Below, piece after piece: positions 31,069-42,583 of a DNA stretch of 60,167 nt. Origin of the DNA: Obrimoposthia wandeli. Its lineage: Eukaryota. A program made the translations under genes and the position numbers. The DNA is taken from NCBI GenBank assembly GCA_977020255.1, contig CDROCS010003444.1, positions 124,001-184,167 on the forward strand, written 5' to 3'. Below the pieces are notes generated by a model. That model saw only the letters and a program-made list of their open reading frames with translations, was not told the origin of the DNA and made no database searches. Within the stretch, counting starts at the first letter, position 1. The number at the start of each line of letters is the position of its first letter.

Positions 31069-32526
31069 ATGTCACTTTTGAAAAAAAATAGCGCATGGCA
31101 CCATTATTATTTTTTGCCGCTAATAGCTATACTCTCTTTTGTCAATAGTGCGAAGGCCAATGATTTACCGCTTTTAGGCGATTACAGCTCCTCTATCATC
31201 TCTTTAAACACTGAACATAACTTAGGCCAAGGAATTATTCGCAACATCCGCTCTTCTAACGCTGAAATTGAAGACCCTATTATAGAATCTTACATAAAAG
31301 ACCTTACATGGGACTTAATTGCTGTAAGCCAATTACAAGATAAACGAGTTTCAATTGCGCTTATGGACAACCAAAGTGTGAACGCATTTGCAGCCCCTGG
31401 CGGTATTTTAGGTATTCATGGTGGCTTAATTATTGCCGCTCAAAAAGAAGATGAATTAGCTTCTGTTATCAGCCATGAAATAGCGCACTTAAGCCAGCGT
31501 CATTTTGCTGCACAACTTGAGCAACAAAGATTAAACACCCCTTTAGCCATAGCCACAATGCTAACAGGTATTTTAGCTGCTTCTTCAAGCCCAAAAGCAG
31601 GAACCGCCATCATCTCAACCGGGACAGCTAATCAACTGTCATCCAGACTAGCTTTTAGCCGAAGGAATGAACAAGAGGCCGATCGCATAGGGATGCTAAA
31701 CCTTTCTAAAGCTGGTTTTAACCCACAAGCGATGCCGAGGATGTTTGGCAGACTTTTAGAGATCCAAAGACTGCAAGGCTCGCTACCTCCAGAGTTTTTA
31801 TTAACACATCCAAGCTCAAACGCACGTGTTGCTGATAGCAAAAACCGTGCAGAGCAAATGCCTAGTCAAAAACTAAACAAGGAGAATATCAATTTCTCTA
31901 TTATTAAAGCACGCTTAGTAACCAAATACGCACACCAAAGCAAGCGCTCAGCAAAACACTTTAGAACTTTGGCTAAAAAGAACCCAACCCCGCTCAATCT
32001 CTACTCCCTCGCAGTGGCAGCGGCTCAAGAGCAGAGCTATAACGAATCAATAAAAACTCTACAAAAATTACCTGCTCATTGGAAAAGCAACTTATTAATA
32101 CAGTTAAGCTTAGCGCAAGTTTATACCGAACACAGACAGTATAAAAAATCTCTAAAAATACTTAGAAAGCTAAACTTAATTTACCCTAAGCACAGCGCTG
32201 TTCAGCTTATAATGGCCCAAACATTATTGGACGCACAGTTACCCAAACAAGCTGCTGAACAATTACAACACATCACTACTTATGATACTGAGAACGTCAA
32301 TGCATGGTATCTACTTGCTGAAGCTCATGGTTTGGCCGGCAATCGCAGCGCATTACATGTCGCTCGTATCGAATATTTTTTATTACTAGGGCAAACCAAA
32401 GCCGCAAAAAAACAAATTTCGTTTGCACGCAGGGAAAAATCATTTACTAAAAGTGATAGCTATAAACTAGACGAACTCGAGGAGCAACTCGCTGTAGTTA
32501 AGGAATACTTCCAAACTAAGTACTAA
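31069..32526 (+). CDS. bepA: M48 metalloprotease with TPRs (BepA/YfgC)
   Basis: VNAFAAPGG, HEIAH (HExxH), FSRRNEQEADRIG, FLLTHP, and a TPR-like C-terminus. Confidence 0.93.
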   Translation: MSLLKKNSAWHHYYFLPLIAILSFVNSAKANDLPLLGDYSSSIISLNTEHNLGQGIIRNIRSSNAEIEDPIIESYIKDLTWDLIAVSQLQDKRVSIALMDNQSVNAFAAPGGILGIHGGLIIAAQKEDELASVISHEIAHLSQRHFAAQLEQQRLNTPLAIATMLTGILAASSSPKAGTAIISTGTANQLSSRLAFSRRNEQEADRIGMLNLSKAGFNPQAMPRMFGRLLEIQRLQGSLPPEFLLTHPSSNARVADSKNRAEQMPSQKLNKENINFSIIKARLVTKYAHQSKRSAKHFRTLAKKNPTPLNLYSLAVAAAQEQSYNESIKTLQKLPAHWKSNLLIQLSLAQVYTEHRQYKKSLKILRKLNLIYPKHSAVQLIMAQTLLDAQLPKQAAEQLQHITTYDTENVNAWYLLAEAHGLAGNRSALHVARIEYFLLLGQTKAAKKQISFARREKSFTKSDSYKLDELEEQLAVVKEYFQTKY

Positions 32527-33125
32527 GCATACAATCTGCATTCATAATATGAGCATTTTCCGACCAACAATTAAAGCTCAATACTTCAGCTTTATTTCAA
32601 CTATATCATTGATTAACTGTATATTTTTCAATAAAACTATGTTATGGTTTGGTGATTGAATTGGGTGGTCCGGTAAATAAAAATTAACAAAATAATTTCA
32701 TATTATAGTTATTAGGTTTTCCCCTCCAACTACATAACAATGTAGTTTGTTATTTGTCTCTGAAAATTAAAGCAATTATACAACCTCTATCATTACGTAC
32801 TGTGCTAAAAATAAGCCATTGAGCTTATTTTTTAGCAATTTTGCAGTACAAACCAAGCTAAAATAACTTGTCTCTCGTTTCGACAGTTTTGAAGTTTATT
32901 AACCTGTTTGTGTAATTTAATTCGACACAATAAATTTAATCACAGCTTCCTGTCTATACCAGCAACAAATACTATTGATAACTGCATTATTAGTTTGTAG
33001 CGTTCTAGTTTTTCAGATCGTTAGCACTGCTATTAAATTGCCATTATCCCAAACGAGTTATAAAGCAGCAATAAACGACGACTACACTCTTACCTAATTC
33101 CATTTCATTTTAAGAAGGAACATTA

Positions 33126-34754
33126 ATGTACACCTTGATCAATATTTTAGGCGCTGTCTCACTACTATTATTTGGTATGGAGATGGTAAAACAAGGAATT
33201 ATTGGTGCCTTCAATAATGATTTAAAACGTGTCATAAGTCGATTTACTCGCAATAAAACATCAGCATTTACCGTTGGTCTTGGCATCACATCTGTGCTTC
33301 AGAGCAGCACTGCTACCGCTTTGCTAATTTCTTCATTTGCCAGCCGCAGCTTAATTGCCGGCGCTCCTGCTTTGGCGGTTATGCTTGGAGCCGACATAGG
33401 CACCACTTTAGTCGCACAAGTTCTCTCTTTTGATTTAAGCTGGCTCTCCCCCGCTTTAATTGTTATTGGGCTTGTGACACATCGAAGAGCAGATAAAGAA
33501 ACATTCAAACATATGGGTATGACACTCATTGGCTTAGGATTAATGTTACTTTCGTTGAAATTAATTGGATCATCTACTGGACCTTTAAGAGAAGCCGCCG
33601 TTCTTCAGGAACTATTTCACGCTCTAGAAGATGAAAGAATGCTTGCCGTACTATTGATTATTGTTTTAACTTGGATTAGCCACTCTAGCATTGCCATGAT
33701 TCTTTTAATCATGTCCCTTGCTGCTAGTGAAATAATTACTCCTCAGTTAAGTTTAGTTTTGGTACTAGGAGCAAATATTGGCGGAACAATTCCCGCTGTA
33801 ATAGCGACACTTAATAAAGGCGCGCAGGCTTTACGCATTACGGTCAGCAACAGTTGCTTTAAAATTGTTTCCTGTTTAGCAATACTACCTTTCATTGATA
33901 TTATTTCCAGCTTATTGGCTACACATATAACCACAGATGTGGCTCGACACGTAGTCGATTTCCACACTATTTTCAATATTGTTATCGCTGCAATTTTTTT
34001 ACCTCTCACCGGAAAAGCTTACCAACTGATCAAGCGCTTCATTCCCGATCCAGTGAAGAAAAGCAATGTTAACGAATCTCGTTACTTAAATGAAAAACTC
34101 ATATCCACCCCTTCGATGGCGATAGATTGCGTGATGCGTGAAACAATGCACATGGCTGAAGTTGTTTACACTATGATTGGTAATTGCTTGCCAGCATTAA
34201 CATCGGACAGCTCCGCTCCTAGTAGAGAGTTAATGAAAATGGAAAGCTCTGTAGATAGGCTACATAATGAAATTTCTAAATATGTCGCTAAACTCGGAAG
34301 ACAAGATCTCAAAAGCGAGCAGCTTTCTCACACAAATAGAATATTAGCTTTTTCTTTAAATTTGGAACATTCAGCGGATATCACTGAAAACATTGCAGAG
34401 ATGACTCATAAAAAAGTTCAGGACAAACTAGAACTGTCTGATGACGGCTTGGCTGATATAGTGACTATTCACGAAACTTTATTAAATAACTTTCATTTAG
34501 CTATGCGCATTTTTACCACTCAGGATATCGACTTAGTACACAAGCTACTCGAAGGCAAACGCCAAGTTAAAAAATTAACTGAGCAAGCAAGCCAAGCTCA
34601 TTTGAATCGCTTACATGACGGCAACGGTGACAGCAATACTTTACATTTGGATATTATCAGAGAACTAAACCGCATCAACTGGCATATCACCGGTGTTGCT
34701 TATCCTGTACTAGAACTAGAGCGCAATAAAGATCTAGTCACTGATAAAACTTAG
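33126..34754 (+). CDS. Na+/Pi cotransporter family protein with PhoU-like C-terminal domain
   Basis: QSSTA..MLGADIGTT and HSS..GANIGGT repeats, followed by a helical LEHSADI C-terminal region. Confidence 0.9.
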   Translation: MYTLINILGAVSLLLFGMEMVKQGIIGAFNNDLKRVISRFTRNKTSAFTVGLGITSVLQSSTATALLISSFASRSLIAGAPALAVMLGADIGTTLVAQVLSFDLSWLSPALIVIGLVTHRRADKETFKHMGMTLIGLGLMLLSLKLIGSSTGPLREAAVLQELFHALEDERMLAVLLIIVLTWISHSSIAMILLIMSLAASEIITPQLSLVLVLGANIGGTIPAVIATLNKGAQALRITVSNSCFKIVSCLAILPFIDIISSLLATHITTDVARHVVDFHTIFNIVIAAIFLPLTGKAYQLIKRFIPDPVKKSNVNESRYLNEKLISTPSMAIDCVMRETMHMAEVVYTMIGNCLPALTSDSSAPSRELMKMESSVDRLHNEISKYVAKLGRQDLKSEQLSHTNRILAFSLNLEHSADITENIAEMTHKKVQDKLELSDDGLADIVTIHETLLNNFHLAMRIFTTQDIDLVHKLLEGKRQVKKLTEQASQAHLNRLHDGNGDSNTLHLDIIRELNRINWHITGVAYPVLELERNKDLVTDKT

Positions 34755-35025
34755 TGGCTATATGATCGCAAAATAGCCGCTGATACTCTGCCTTAGCGCC
34801 ACTAATCTAGCACTAAGGCAAGATCTTATATATTTCTCCACTAAGCATCATTAAACCTAGCTGATAGATTTTTTTAACTTTATAATCCAATAAAAGCTAT
34901 TGCGTAGCACCAATCGCCCACTTGCTTAGCTATAAAAAATTTATAGCATTCCTAGTTGAATATGTCTTAATAAAGGCATATTTAACCAAGGCACCTTTCA
35001 ATTATGACAATACAGGCACCCTTTC

Positions 35026-36309
35026 ATGGGCAATTTTAGCCAATTAGATCTCTGCCCTGAACTTCAGCTCACCTTGGGGCAACTCAATTATGAGCAAAGC
35101 ACAGAAATTCAAGACAAGGCAATTCCCGCTATTTTAGCTGGCCACGATATTTTAGCGCAAGCGCAAACTGGCACCGGCAAAACCGCAGCATTCACCCTAC
35201 CTATCATTGAAATATTGCACAAAACGACATCAAGAGATGATAGCTATCATGATATTCGTGCGTTAATTCTAGCCCCCACCAGAGAACTGGCAATTCAAGT
35301 CGGTGAAAAAGCCTTAAGCTACGGCGAACAGCTCGGTATGCGAGTTGTTTCAGTATATGGTGGCGTGCGCTTTGACAATCAGATTCGTAAGATGAAGCGT
35401 GGCGCCGACATTTTAGTCGCAACGCCCGGTCGACTATTAGAAATGCTAATTCAAAGAAAACTCTCGTTAGAATTTCTTGAAATTTTAGTCTTTGATGAAG
35501 CCGATAGAATGCTAGATCTTGGTTTTATTCATGATATTACCCGTATCATGAGCTTTATGCCTGAAAAACGCCAAACGTTACTTTTTTCAGCAACTTTCAA
35601 CCCAAAAATTGAAAGCTGGGCACAGCGCGTACTGAACAACCCTAAGAGCATTAGTGCCACACCAAGTAATTCGGCAGCGAAGAAAGTACAGCAGCTCGCT
35701 TACAAAGTCGACAATGCCAGTAAAGATGAAGTACTGTGCCACTTAATTAAAAGCGGGCAATGGCAGCAGACCTTAGTTTTTACGCGCACTAAAAGACGCG
35801 CCGAAAAAGTCGCTATGATGCTAGTGGCAGAAGGCATTAATGCAACTTCAATACACGGTGATAAAATTCAAAAAGAACGCAATGCTGCACTGAGCGCCTT
35901 CACTTCTCAACAGGTAGATGTTTTAGTAGCAACTGATGTTGCGGCGAGAGGCTTAGATATTGAAGCATTACCTAGAGTAGTAAATTACGATTTACCCAAC
36001 CAAGCTGAAGCTTATATACATCGTATAGGCCGTACCGCTAGAGCTGGAAAAACAGGACAGGCAATTTCTTTCGTAGCGCCTGATGAGCGCCAATATCTAT
36101 TAGAAATTGAATTATTGATGTCAAAAAAGATACAATTTCACAGTATTCCGCTACTTGAAAAAGGCAAACTCATTAGCGAAAAAACGGCGAGTATAAAACG
36201 CGCGAATCAGAAAAAACCACGCAAGACAGCCAAAGCAAAATACATCGCCCCGCCACTAGAAAAACCTGACAAGCCAGCACTAAGGCCTTCGCTACTAAGT
36301 AAAAAATAA
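35026..36309 (+). CDS. DEAD-box RNA helicase (RhlE-like)
   Basis: [41 protein letters not shown], and a basic C-terminal tail. Confidence 0.94.
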   Translation: MGNFSQLDLCPELQLTLGQLNYEQSTEIQDKAIPAILAGHDILAQAQTGTGKTAAFTLPIIEILHKTTSRDDSYHDIRALILAPTRELAIQVGEKALSYGEQLGMRVVSVYGGVRFDNQIRKMKRGADILVATPGRLLEMLIQRKLSLEFLEILVFDEADRMLDLGFIHDITRIMSFMPEKRQTLLFSATFNPKIESWAQRVLNNPKSISATPSNSAAKKVQQLAYKVDNASKDEVLCHLIKSGQWQQTLVFTRTKRRAEKVAMMLVAEGINATSIHGDKIQKERNAALSAFTSQQVDVLVATDVAARGLDIEALPRVVNYDLPNQAEAYIHRIGRTARAGKTGQAISFVAPDERQYLLEIELLMSKKIQFHSIPLLEKGKLISEKTASIKRANQKKPRKTAKAKYIAPPLEKPDKPALRPSLLSKK

Positions 36310-36362
36310 AGATTTAAAAATAAGGCTTTGTATAGCACAATACCTCTAAAAGCAGCTTACTT

Positions 36363-36391
36363 AGCAGGTCATGCATTTAGCATGACCTGCT
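36363..36391. terminator. Hairpin between convergent helicase and leuB
   Basis: agcaggtcatgc-attta-gcatgacctgct, a 12-bp perfect stem. Confidence 0.8.
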
Positions 36392-36398
36392 TAAGAAC

Positions 36399-37481
36399 CT
36401 ACTCTTGTAACGCTTCTACTACTGCATTACCCATTTGCTCAGTACTTACTTTCACAGTACCTTCGCTATAGATGTCTGCTGTACGCAACCCTTTATCTAA
36501 CACCGCTGATACCGCCGCTTCGATTTTATCTGCCGCTTGCGCAAATCCTAGTGAGTATCGTAGCATCATTGCAGCAGATAAAATCATCGCCAATGGATTA
36601 GCTATACCTTTACCTGCAATATCAGGAGCAGAGCCGTGACAAGGCTCATACATCCCTTTACCGCTTGCATCTAACGATGCAGAAGGTAGCATACCTATTG
36701 AACCTGTGAGCATGGCAGCCGCATCTGATAATATATCGCCAAACATATTACCCGTGACGATAACGTCAAATTGCTTAGGCTCACGGATCAACTGCATCGC
36801 CGCGTTATCAACGTACATGTGTGAAAGCTCTACCTCAGGGTAGTCTTTACTCATTTCGTCCATAATTTCACGCCACAGCATCGTTACTTCTAATACATTT
36901 GCTTTATCAACTGAACAAAGCTTTTTACCACGCTTCATGGCCGCTTCAAAAGCCACTTTGCCTATACGGCGAATTTCATCTTCATCGTAAACGTAAGTAT
37001 TAAAGCCTTCACGAATACCTGATTCTTTAACTCTAATACCACGAGGCTGACCAAAGTAGATACCACCGGTAAGCTCTCTTACTATCAGAATATCTAAACC
37101 TGCAACTAACTCTGACTTTAACGATGATGCATCAGCAAGTTGCGGCGATAGAATAGCAGGACGTAAATTACCAAACAAATCCAAGCGCGAGCGGATTTGC
37201 AATAAGCCACCTATTTCTGGGCGCTCAGCGGGAGGTAAAGAATCCCATTTAGGGCCGCCAACACACGCTAGCAAAATAGCATCTGCAACTTTACACTTTT
37301 CCCAAGTCTCTTCTGGAAAAGCACTACCTGCTTCATCAATAGCAGCGCCACCGACTAAAGCATAATCAAACTCTAAGCCTAATGAATACTGCTGATCAAC
37401 CAGCTTTAAAACTTTGTCCACTTCATTAGAAATTTCGGGACCAATACCATCACCTGGTAAAATTAATACTTTTTTAGACAT
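36399..37481 (-). CDS. leuB: 3-isopropylmalate dehydrogenase
   Basis: [54 protein letters not shown]. Confidence 0.98.
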   Translation of the reverse strand: MSKKVLILPGDGIGPEISNEVDKVLKLVDQQYSLGLEFDYALVGGAAIDEAGSAFPEETWEKCKVADAILLACVGGPKWDSLPPAERPEIGGLLQIRSRLDLFGNLRPAILSPQLADASSLKSELVAGLDILIVRELTGGIYFGQPRGIRVKESGIREGFNTYVYDEDEIRRIGKVAFEAAMKRGKKLCSVDKANVLEVTMLWREIMDEMSKDYPEVELSHMYVDNAAMQLIREPKQFDVIVTGNMFGDILSDAAAMLTGSIGMLPSASLDASGKGMYEPCHGSAPDIAGKGIANPLAMILSAAMMLRYSLGFAQAADKIEAAVSAVLDKGLRTADIYSEGTVKVSTEQMGNAVVEALQE

Positions 37482-37530
37482 GACTTCTTTCCACTTAATT
37501 GTTTAAACTTAAAAACAGGATCAACTAAAG

Positions 37531-38184
37531 TTACTCGCCTTTAATTGCACCAAACAACCAAGGCGCAACTAGCTTTCGCTTCGCTTCATACACGCCGATA
37601 TCATCTACATTCTGTAATGTTAAATCGATATCATCTAGGCCATTTAGTAAACAATATTTTCTGAATTCTTCTACTTCAAAGGTAAACTCTGCACCACTAG
37701 GAGCAATAACTACTTGGCGCTCTAAATCAACGCATAGCTCGTAACCTTCATTTTCTGTACATTCAGCGAAAAGCTGCTCAACAATCTTCTCATCAAGCAC
37801 AACGGGTAATATGCCGTTTTTAAAACAGTTATTATAAAAAATATCTGCAAAGCTTGGTGCTATGACTGCCCTGAACCCAAAGTCTTCAAGTGCCCATGGT
37901 GCATGCTCTCTTGATGAGCCACAACCAAAATTCGCTCTCGCCAACAATACAGATGATTGCGTATAACGCGGTGCATTTAAGACAAACTCAGGGTTTAAAG
38001 GCCTGTTTGAGCAATCTTGATCTGCCACGCCTTCATCTAAATAACGTAATTCATCAAACAAGTAAACACCAAAGCCAGAGCGCTTAATTGATTTCAAAAA
38101 TTGCTTGGGGATAATCATATCTGTATCTACATTAGCACGATCTAATGGTGCTACAATTCCCGTATGTTTTACAAATTTATTCAT
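37531..38184 (-). CDS. leuD: 3-isopropylmalate dehydratase small subunit
   Basis: [37 protein letters not shown]. Confidence 0.98.
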   Translation of the reverse strand: MNKFVKHTGIVAPLDRANVDTDMIIPKQFLKSIKRSGFGVYLFDELRYLDEGVADQDCSNRPLNPEFVLNAPRYTQSSVLLARANFGCGSSREHAPWALEDFGFRAVIAPSFADIFYNNCFKNGILPVVLDEKIVEQLFAECTENEGYELCVDLERQVVIAPSGAEFTFEVEEFRKYCLLNGLDDIDLTLQNVDDIGVYEAKRKLVAPWLFGAIKGE

Positions 38185-38187
38185 TGT

Positions 38188-39609
38188 TTAAGCCTCCATC
38201 ATCTCTCTAACATCAACAAAAGTACCCGCAATTGCCGCCGCAGCCGCCATTGCAGGACTCACCAAATGCGTACGACCGCCATTGCCTTGTCTACCTTCGA
38301 AATTTCGATTAGAAGTAGATGCACAATGCTCTTTTGGTGCTAACTTATCTGGATTCATTGCCAAGCACATAGAACAACCAGGCTCGCGCCACTCAAAGCC
38401 TGCAGCTTCAAAAATCTTATCTAAGCCTTCAGCTTCTGCCTGTGCTTTCACCAAACCAGAACCCGGCACTACAATCGCTTCTTTAACGCTCGCAGCTACT
38501 TTTCGACCTTGTGCAACTTTGGCTGCATCGCGCATGTCTTCAATTCTTGAATTAGTGCAAGATCCAATAAATATCCTGTCAAGAGCGATATCAGTAATCG
38601 CTTGATCTGCTTTCAAACCCATATATTTTAATGCACGGTTAATGCCATCGACTTTAACCGGATCCATTTCGTTATCAGGGTTAGGTACTTTAGCATTAAC
38701 GGCAACTACCATCTCTGGAGAAGTTCCCCAGGTCACTTGCGGGATTATTTGTGTAGCATCTATCTCTACCACAGTATCGAAATGTGCGTCTGCGTCAGAA
38801 TGTAAATCCGCCCAAGCCGCGACTGCCATTTCCCAATGATCACCTTTAGGCGAATAAGGACGTCCTTTAACATAATCAATCGTTATATCATCAACAGCCA
38901 CCATACCCACTCGGGCACCCGCTTCAATGGCCATATTACAAATCGTCATGCGCCCTTCCATGGAAATTTTTGCCATGGTGGATCCGCCAAATTCAATTGC
39001 ATGCCCAGTGCCACCTGCTGTGCCTAAAACACCAATGATATGTAACACTAAATCTTTTGACGTTACGCCTAAGCCCAAATCGCCTTCGATCTTGATTAGC
39101 ATGTTTTTCATTTTGCGCGAAATCAAGCACTGAGTGGCTAATACATGCTCAACTTCTGAAGTACCTATACCGTGTGCTAAAGCACCAAATGCACCGTGAG
39201 TAGCAGTATGAGAATCACCACATACAACAGTTGACCCTGGTAAAGTAGCACCTTGCTCTGGCCCAACTACGTGTACAATACCTTGTCGAAGGTCATTCAT
39301 TTTAAATTCTAAGATGCCAAAGTCTTCACAGTTATCATCCAATGTTTGTACTTGGATGCGCGAAATAGGATCGACTATCTCACTCACTCCACCATCCCTC
39401 TTAGTGGTTGGAACATTGTGATCAGGTGTTGCCAAATTAGCATCGATGCGCCACGGCTTTCTGCCAGCTAAACGCAATCCTTCAAAAGCTTGTGGTGACG
39501 TCACTTCATGTAGTAACTGTAAATCAATGTACAACAATGCACTACCATCAGTATTTTTACGCACTACATGGGCATCAAACAATTTGTCGTATAATGTCTT
39601 GCCGGTCAT
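38188..39609 (-). CDS. leuC: 3-isopropylmalate dehydratase large subunit
   Basis: [48 protein letters not shown] 39609 preceded by AGGAG. Confidence 0.98.
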   Translation of the reverse strand: MTGKTLYDKLFDAHVVRKNTDGSALLYIDLQLLHEVTSPQAFEGLRLAGRKPWRIDANLATPDHNVPTTKRDGGVSEIVDPISRIQVQTLDDNCEDFGILEFKMNDLRQGIVHVVGPEQGATLPGSTVVCGDSHTATHGAFGALAHGIGTSEVEHVLATQCLISRKMKNMLIKIEGDLGLGVTSKDLVLHIIGVLGTAGGTGHAIEFGGSTMAKISMEGRMTICNMAIEAGARVGMVAVDDITIDYVKGRPYSPKGDHWEMAVAAWADLHSDADAHFDTVVEIDATQIIPQVTWGTSPEMVVAVNAKVPNPDNEMDPVKVDGINRALKYMGLKADQAITDIALDRIFIGSCTNSRIEDMRDAAKVAQGRKVAASVKEAIVVPGSGLVKAQAEAEGLDKIFEAAGFEWREPGCSMCLAMNPDKLAPKEHCASTSNRNFEGRQGNGGRTHLVSPAMAAAAAIAGTFVDVREMMEA

Positions 39610-39934
39610 TTTCAACTCCTTACAAACTATTCTGGTTCTTATGACGATTATAACTTTCGTTATAAATCTATTTTATTGTTATCGTTGTTAATTGCTGTCC
39701 AGTTAATAAGTGTAAATCCTCTAATTCATTACTTTTAGATCTCTGCATGGCTTAATCGACATTTTTAGACGCAGTAACACTTGTCTTAAGAGTAAAATAA
39801 ATGAACTAGAGAACCACAAAAATCAAACCTTACACCAATGATCGTTGCTCGCGATAATCTAATTTTCTTTAACATTTGCAGCTATTTTAAGCCTCTTAAT
39901 TAAATAACACAAATTCATATTTTTTATGTAAACT

Positions 39935-39951
39935 ATTCCAAATAGGAATAC
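39935..39951. promoter_or_regulatory. LysR recognition-site-like dyad in the leuC/lysR divergent region
   Basis: (T)ATTCC-AAATA-GGAAT(A), T-N11-A, about 20 bp upstream of the LysR start. Confidence 0.65.
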
Positions 39952-39970
39952 TTTACATATTGGAGATTAG

Positions 39971-40834
39971 ATGGACAACAATACTCTAAGCGCTTTCATC
40001 GCAGTCGCTGAACAAGGTTCTTTTTCCAGTGCTGGGGAGAAGTTATTCATCACTCAATCAGCTATAAGCAAAAGAATTGCTTTATTAGAACAGCAGCTTG
40101 GGCAAAGGCTATTTGATCGTATTGGCCGCCAAGTAACGCTGACTAGCGCAGGCCAAGCACTAATGCCTTGCGCTGAAAAAATTCTTATGTCGATTCAAGA
40201 TGCTCGCACCGTGATTGATAATTTAAACGCGCAAGTCAGTGGCACCTTATCATTAGCTTCTTCTCATCACATTAGCATTCACCGTTTACCCCAAACGTTA
40301 CGCAAGTTTAATCGCAGTTATCCGCAGGTGCAGTTGAATTTGAGTTTTGGGGAATCGGAGGCTGCCTATCAAGGAGTTGTTAAAGGACATTTAGAACTGG
40401 CTTTAATCACACTAGCCCCTTTACCTGATCCTGTTATTTGCGCACAAAAAGTTTGGACGGATACAATGGAGTTTGTTGTGGCTATTGATCACCCTTTAGC
40501 GGCAAAAGAAGCGGTAAGCTTAGCACAGCTCAATCAGCATCAAGCTATATTGCCTGGAGCGAAAACCTTTACACGACAAATAGTTAGCGAATTGTTTTTT
40601 AAACAAGGACTATCATTGGATGTCACTATGTCAACTAACAATTTAGATACTATAAAAATGATGGTAGTTAATAGCTTAGGCTGGAGCTTGTTACCTGCAA
40701 GCATGATAGATAGCTCTTTACAAACACTTAACACTGGCCAGGCAAGTATTTATCGTGAGCTGGGTTACATCTATCACCGCGAAAGAACACTGTCTAACGC
40801 GGCACTTCAATTTATTCACTTACTTGAAAATTAG
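39971..40834 (+). CDS. LysR-family transcriptional regulator divergent from leuC
   Basis: HTH: F.AVAEQGSFS.A...LFITQSAISKRI..LE..LG..LFDR, then a LysR substrate-binding domain. Same arrangement as Pseudomonas PA3122-leuC. Confidence 0.95.
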   Translation: MDNNTLSAFIAVAEQGSFSSAGEKLFITQSAISKRIALLEQQLGQRLFDRIGRQVTLTSAGQALMPCAEKILMSIQDARTVIDNLNAQVSGTLSLASSHHISIHRLPQTLRKFNRSYPQVQLNLSFGESEAAYQGVVKGHLELALITLAPLPDPVICAQKVWTDTMEFVVAIDHPLAAKEAVSLAQLNQHQAILPGAKTFTRQIVSELFFKQGLSLDVTMSTNNLDTIKMMVVNSLGWSLLPASMIDSSLQTLNTGQASIYRELGYIYHRERTLSNAALQFIHLLEN

Positions 40835-40840
40835 TCTGCT

Positions 40841-42187
40841 TTAGCGGGCTTTTTCGCCACTTCTGCTGTTCGTTCTCACAGCCGGCTTAACTTTATTAGC
40901 ACCGCTATCCGCTCTATGTCTTCTATTTTTTGAAACAGGCTTATTTCCGCGCTCATTTTCAGAAGAACGTTGGCCATCTTTGTGCTCTACTCTTGGCTGC
41001 TTCGGTTTTTTAGCTCTAACAGGGCGCGTATCGAGGTTTGATTCTGGCAGCTTATTTATTGCTACAAAACCTGGCGCTGTTTTTCTAGGAATCAATTCTT
41101 TGATCAAGCGCTCTATATCTTTTAATTGCTTAAACTCATCCGCCATCACTAGTGATACAGCATGTCCTTCAGAGCCCGCACGACCTGTACGGCCAATACG
41201 GTGCACATAATCTTCTGGAACATTCGGTAATTCAAAGTTAACCACTTGAGGTAATTGATCAATATCGATGCCGCGTGCCGCTATATCCGTCGCAACTAAT
41301 ACCTGAATACTGCTATCTTTAAAGCCTGCTAGTGCTTTAGTTCTCGCACCTTGGCTTTTGTTACCGTGAATCGCCGCTGCGTTAATTTTCGCCGCTTCCA
41401 ATTGTTTAGTTAACTTATTCGCACCGTGCTTAGTACGGGTAAAAACCAGCACTTGGAACCAATTGTTTTCTTTTATCAGATGAATCAACAAAGCTGCTTT
41501 TTGGTTTTTATCAACAGCATACATCGACTGTTCAACAGAACGCACTCTTGAATTTGGTGGTGATACAGATATTTCAACTGGATTATTTACTAAGCGCTTA
41601 GCTAAAACACGAATGTCGTCAGAGAACGTAGCTGAAAACATCAAGTTCTGGCGTTTAGCTGGCAGTAAAGCCAGTATTTTCTTAATATCATGAATAAAGC
41701 CCATATCTAACATACGGTCAGCTTCATCTAAAACCAGCACTTCTACTTGGTTGAATTTAACCGCGTTTTGGCTAAATAAATCCATTAATCTACCAGGTGT
41801 TGCCACTAACACATCAACGCCGCGACGTAGTTTCTGCATTTGTGGGTTAATCTTAACACCACCAAAAACCACAGCAGATGTTAACGGTAAGTACTGTGAG
41901 TAAGTTTCAACGTTTTCATGAACTTGCGCCGCTAACTCACGCGTTGGCGTTAAAATCAAAGTACGTATGCTGTTCGCTTTCGCTTTATTGCCTTTTGCTA
42001 AGTTATGCAAAATAGGTAACGTAAAGCCTGCTGTTTTACCGGTGCCTGTCTGAGCCGCCGCCATCACATCCTTCCCTTCAAGTACCGCAGGTATTGCTTT
42101 TGCTTGTATAGGTGAAGGCAGGGTGTAACCTTTTTCTGTAACGGCTTTTAAAATTGGCTCACAAAGGCCAAGGTCGGCAAAACTCAT
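40841..42187 (-). CDS. rhlE: DEAD-box RNA helicase RhlE
   Basis: [50 protein letters not shown]. Start moved to ATG 42187. Confidence 0.95.
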   Translation of the reverse strand: MSFADLGLCEPILKAVTEKGYTLPSPIQAKAIPAVLEGKDVMAAAQTGTGKTAGFTLPILHNLAKGNKAKANSIRTLILTPTRELAAQVHENVETYSQYLPLTSAVVFGGVKINPQMQKLRRGVDVLVATPGRLMDLFSQNAVKFNQVEVLVLDEADRMLDMGFIHDIKKILALLPAKRQNLMFSATFSDDIRVLAKRLVNNPVEISVSPPNSRVRSVEQSMYAVDKNQKAALLIHLIKENNWFQVLVFTRTKHGANKLTKQLEAAKINAAAIHGNKSQGARTKALAGFKDSSIQVLVATDIAARGIDIDQLPQVVNFELPNVPEDYVHRIGRTGRAGSEGHAVSLVMADEFKQLKDIERLIKELIPRKTAPGFVAINKLPESNLDTRPVRAKKPKQPRVEHKDGQRSSENERGNKPVSKNRRHRADSGANKVKPAVRTNSRSGEKAR

Positions 42188-42355
42188 ATAGCATTCTCTT
42201 TTTAAATAAAATTGGTCGCTACAGCATTGCATAGCAACTTATAAGGGCGCTGAAGTCTACAGCAGCAGCGCCTTAGGTACTATGTTTTTTCACAATGATG
42301 TGACTTTTAACGAATAATTATTGTACAACTTTAATAGCAAGCATATTAACAGGCG

Positions 42356-42383
42356 AAAAAAAACCGCACAAGGCGGCTTTTTT
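42356..42383 (-). terminator. Intrinsic terminator downstream of gdhB
   Basis: Minus strand gccgc-cttgt-gcggt followed by a T-run. Confidence 0.75.
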
Positions 42384-42392
42384 AAACATACA

Positions 42393-42508
42393 AATTAAAC
42401 ATCCCCGGGGCAAGCCCTCTCACTTCGTTCGACTTCACTATGTGAAGCGGGGTATCGTTGTTGCTAATATCGCCTCAAGGAGTTGGGAATTAACCCTCTG
42501 ATGAATTA
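42393..42508. repeat. GC-rich multi-hairpin REP/MITE-like element
   Basis: ccccg (42403) ... cgggg (42448) enclosing gggc-aa-gccc and cttcac-tat-gtgaag, then ggg-aattaa-ccc. Boundaries approximate. Confidence 0.55.
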
Positions 42509-42583
42509 GGCTCCTTCTAATTCATCTCTATTAAACACTGCTTTTTATTAATCGATGTTAACTACTAACTTCAACTACTAGCT

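Noticed and set aside
34989-35026. Short direct repeat aggcacc(c)tttca twice before the helicase start
   Set aside because: 12-13 bp, two copies. Most likely a small local duplication, with no evidence of function.
39620-39760. Leucine attenuator leader upstream of leuC
   Set aside because: A 26-codon ORF has scattered Leu codons but no consecutive run and no terminator/antiterminator pair. The divergent LysR explains the regulation.
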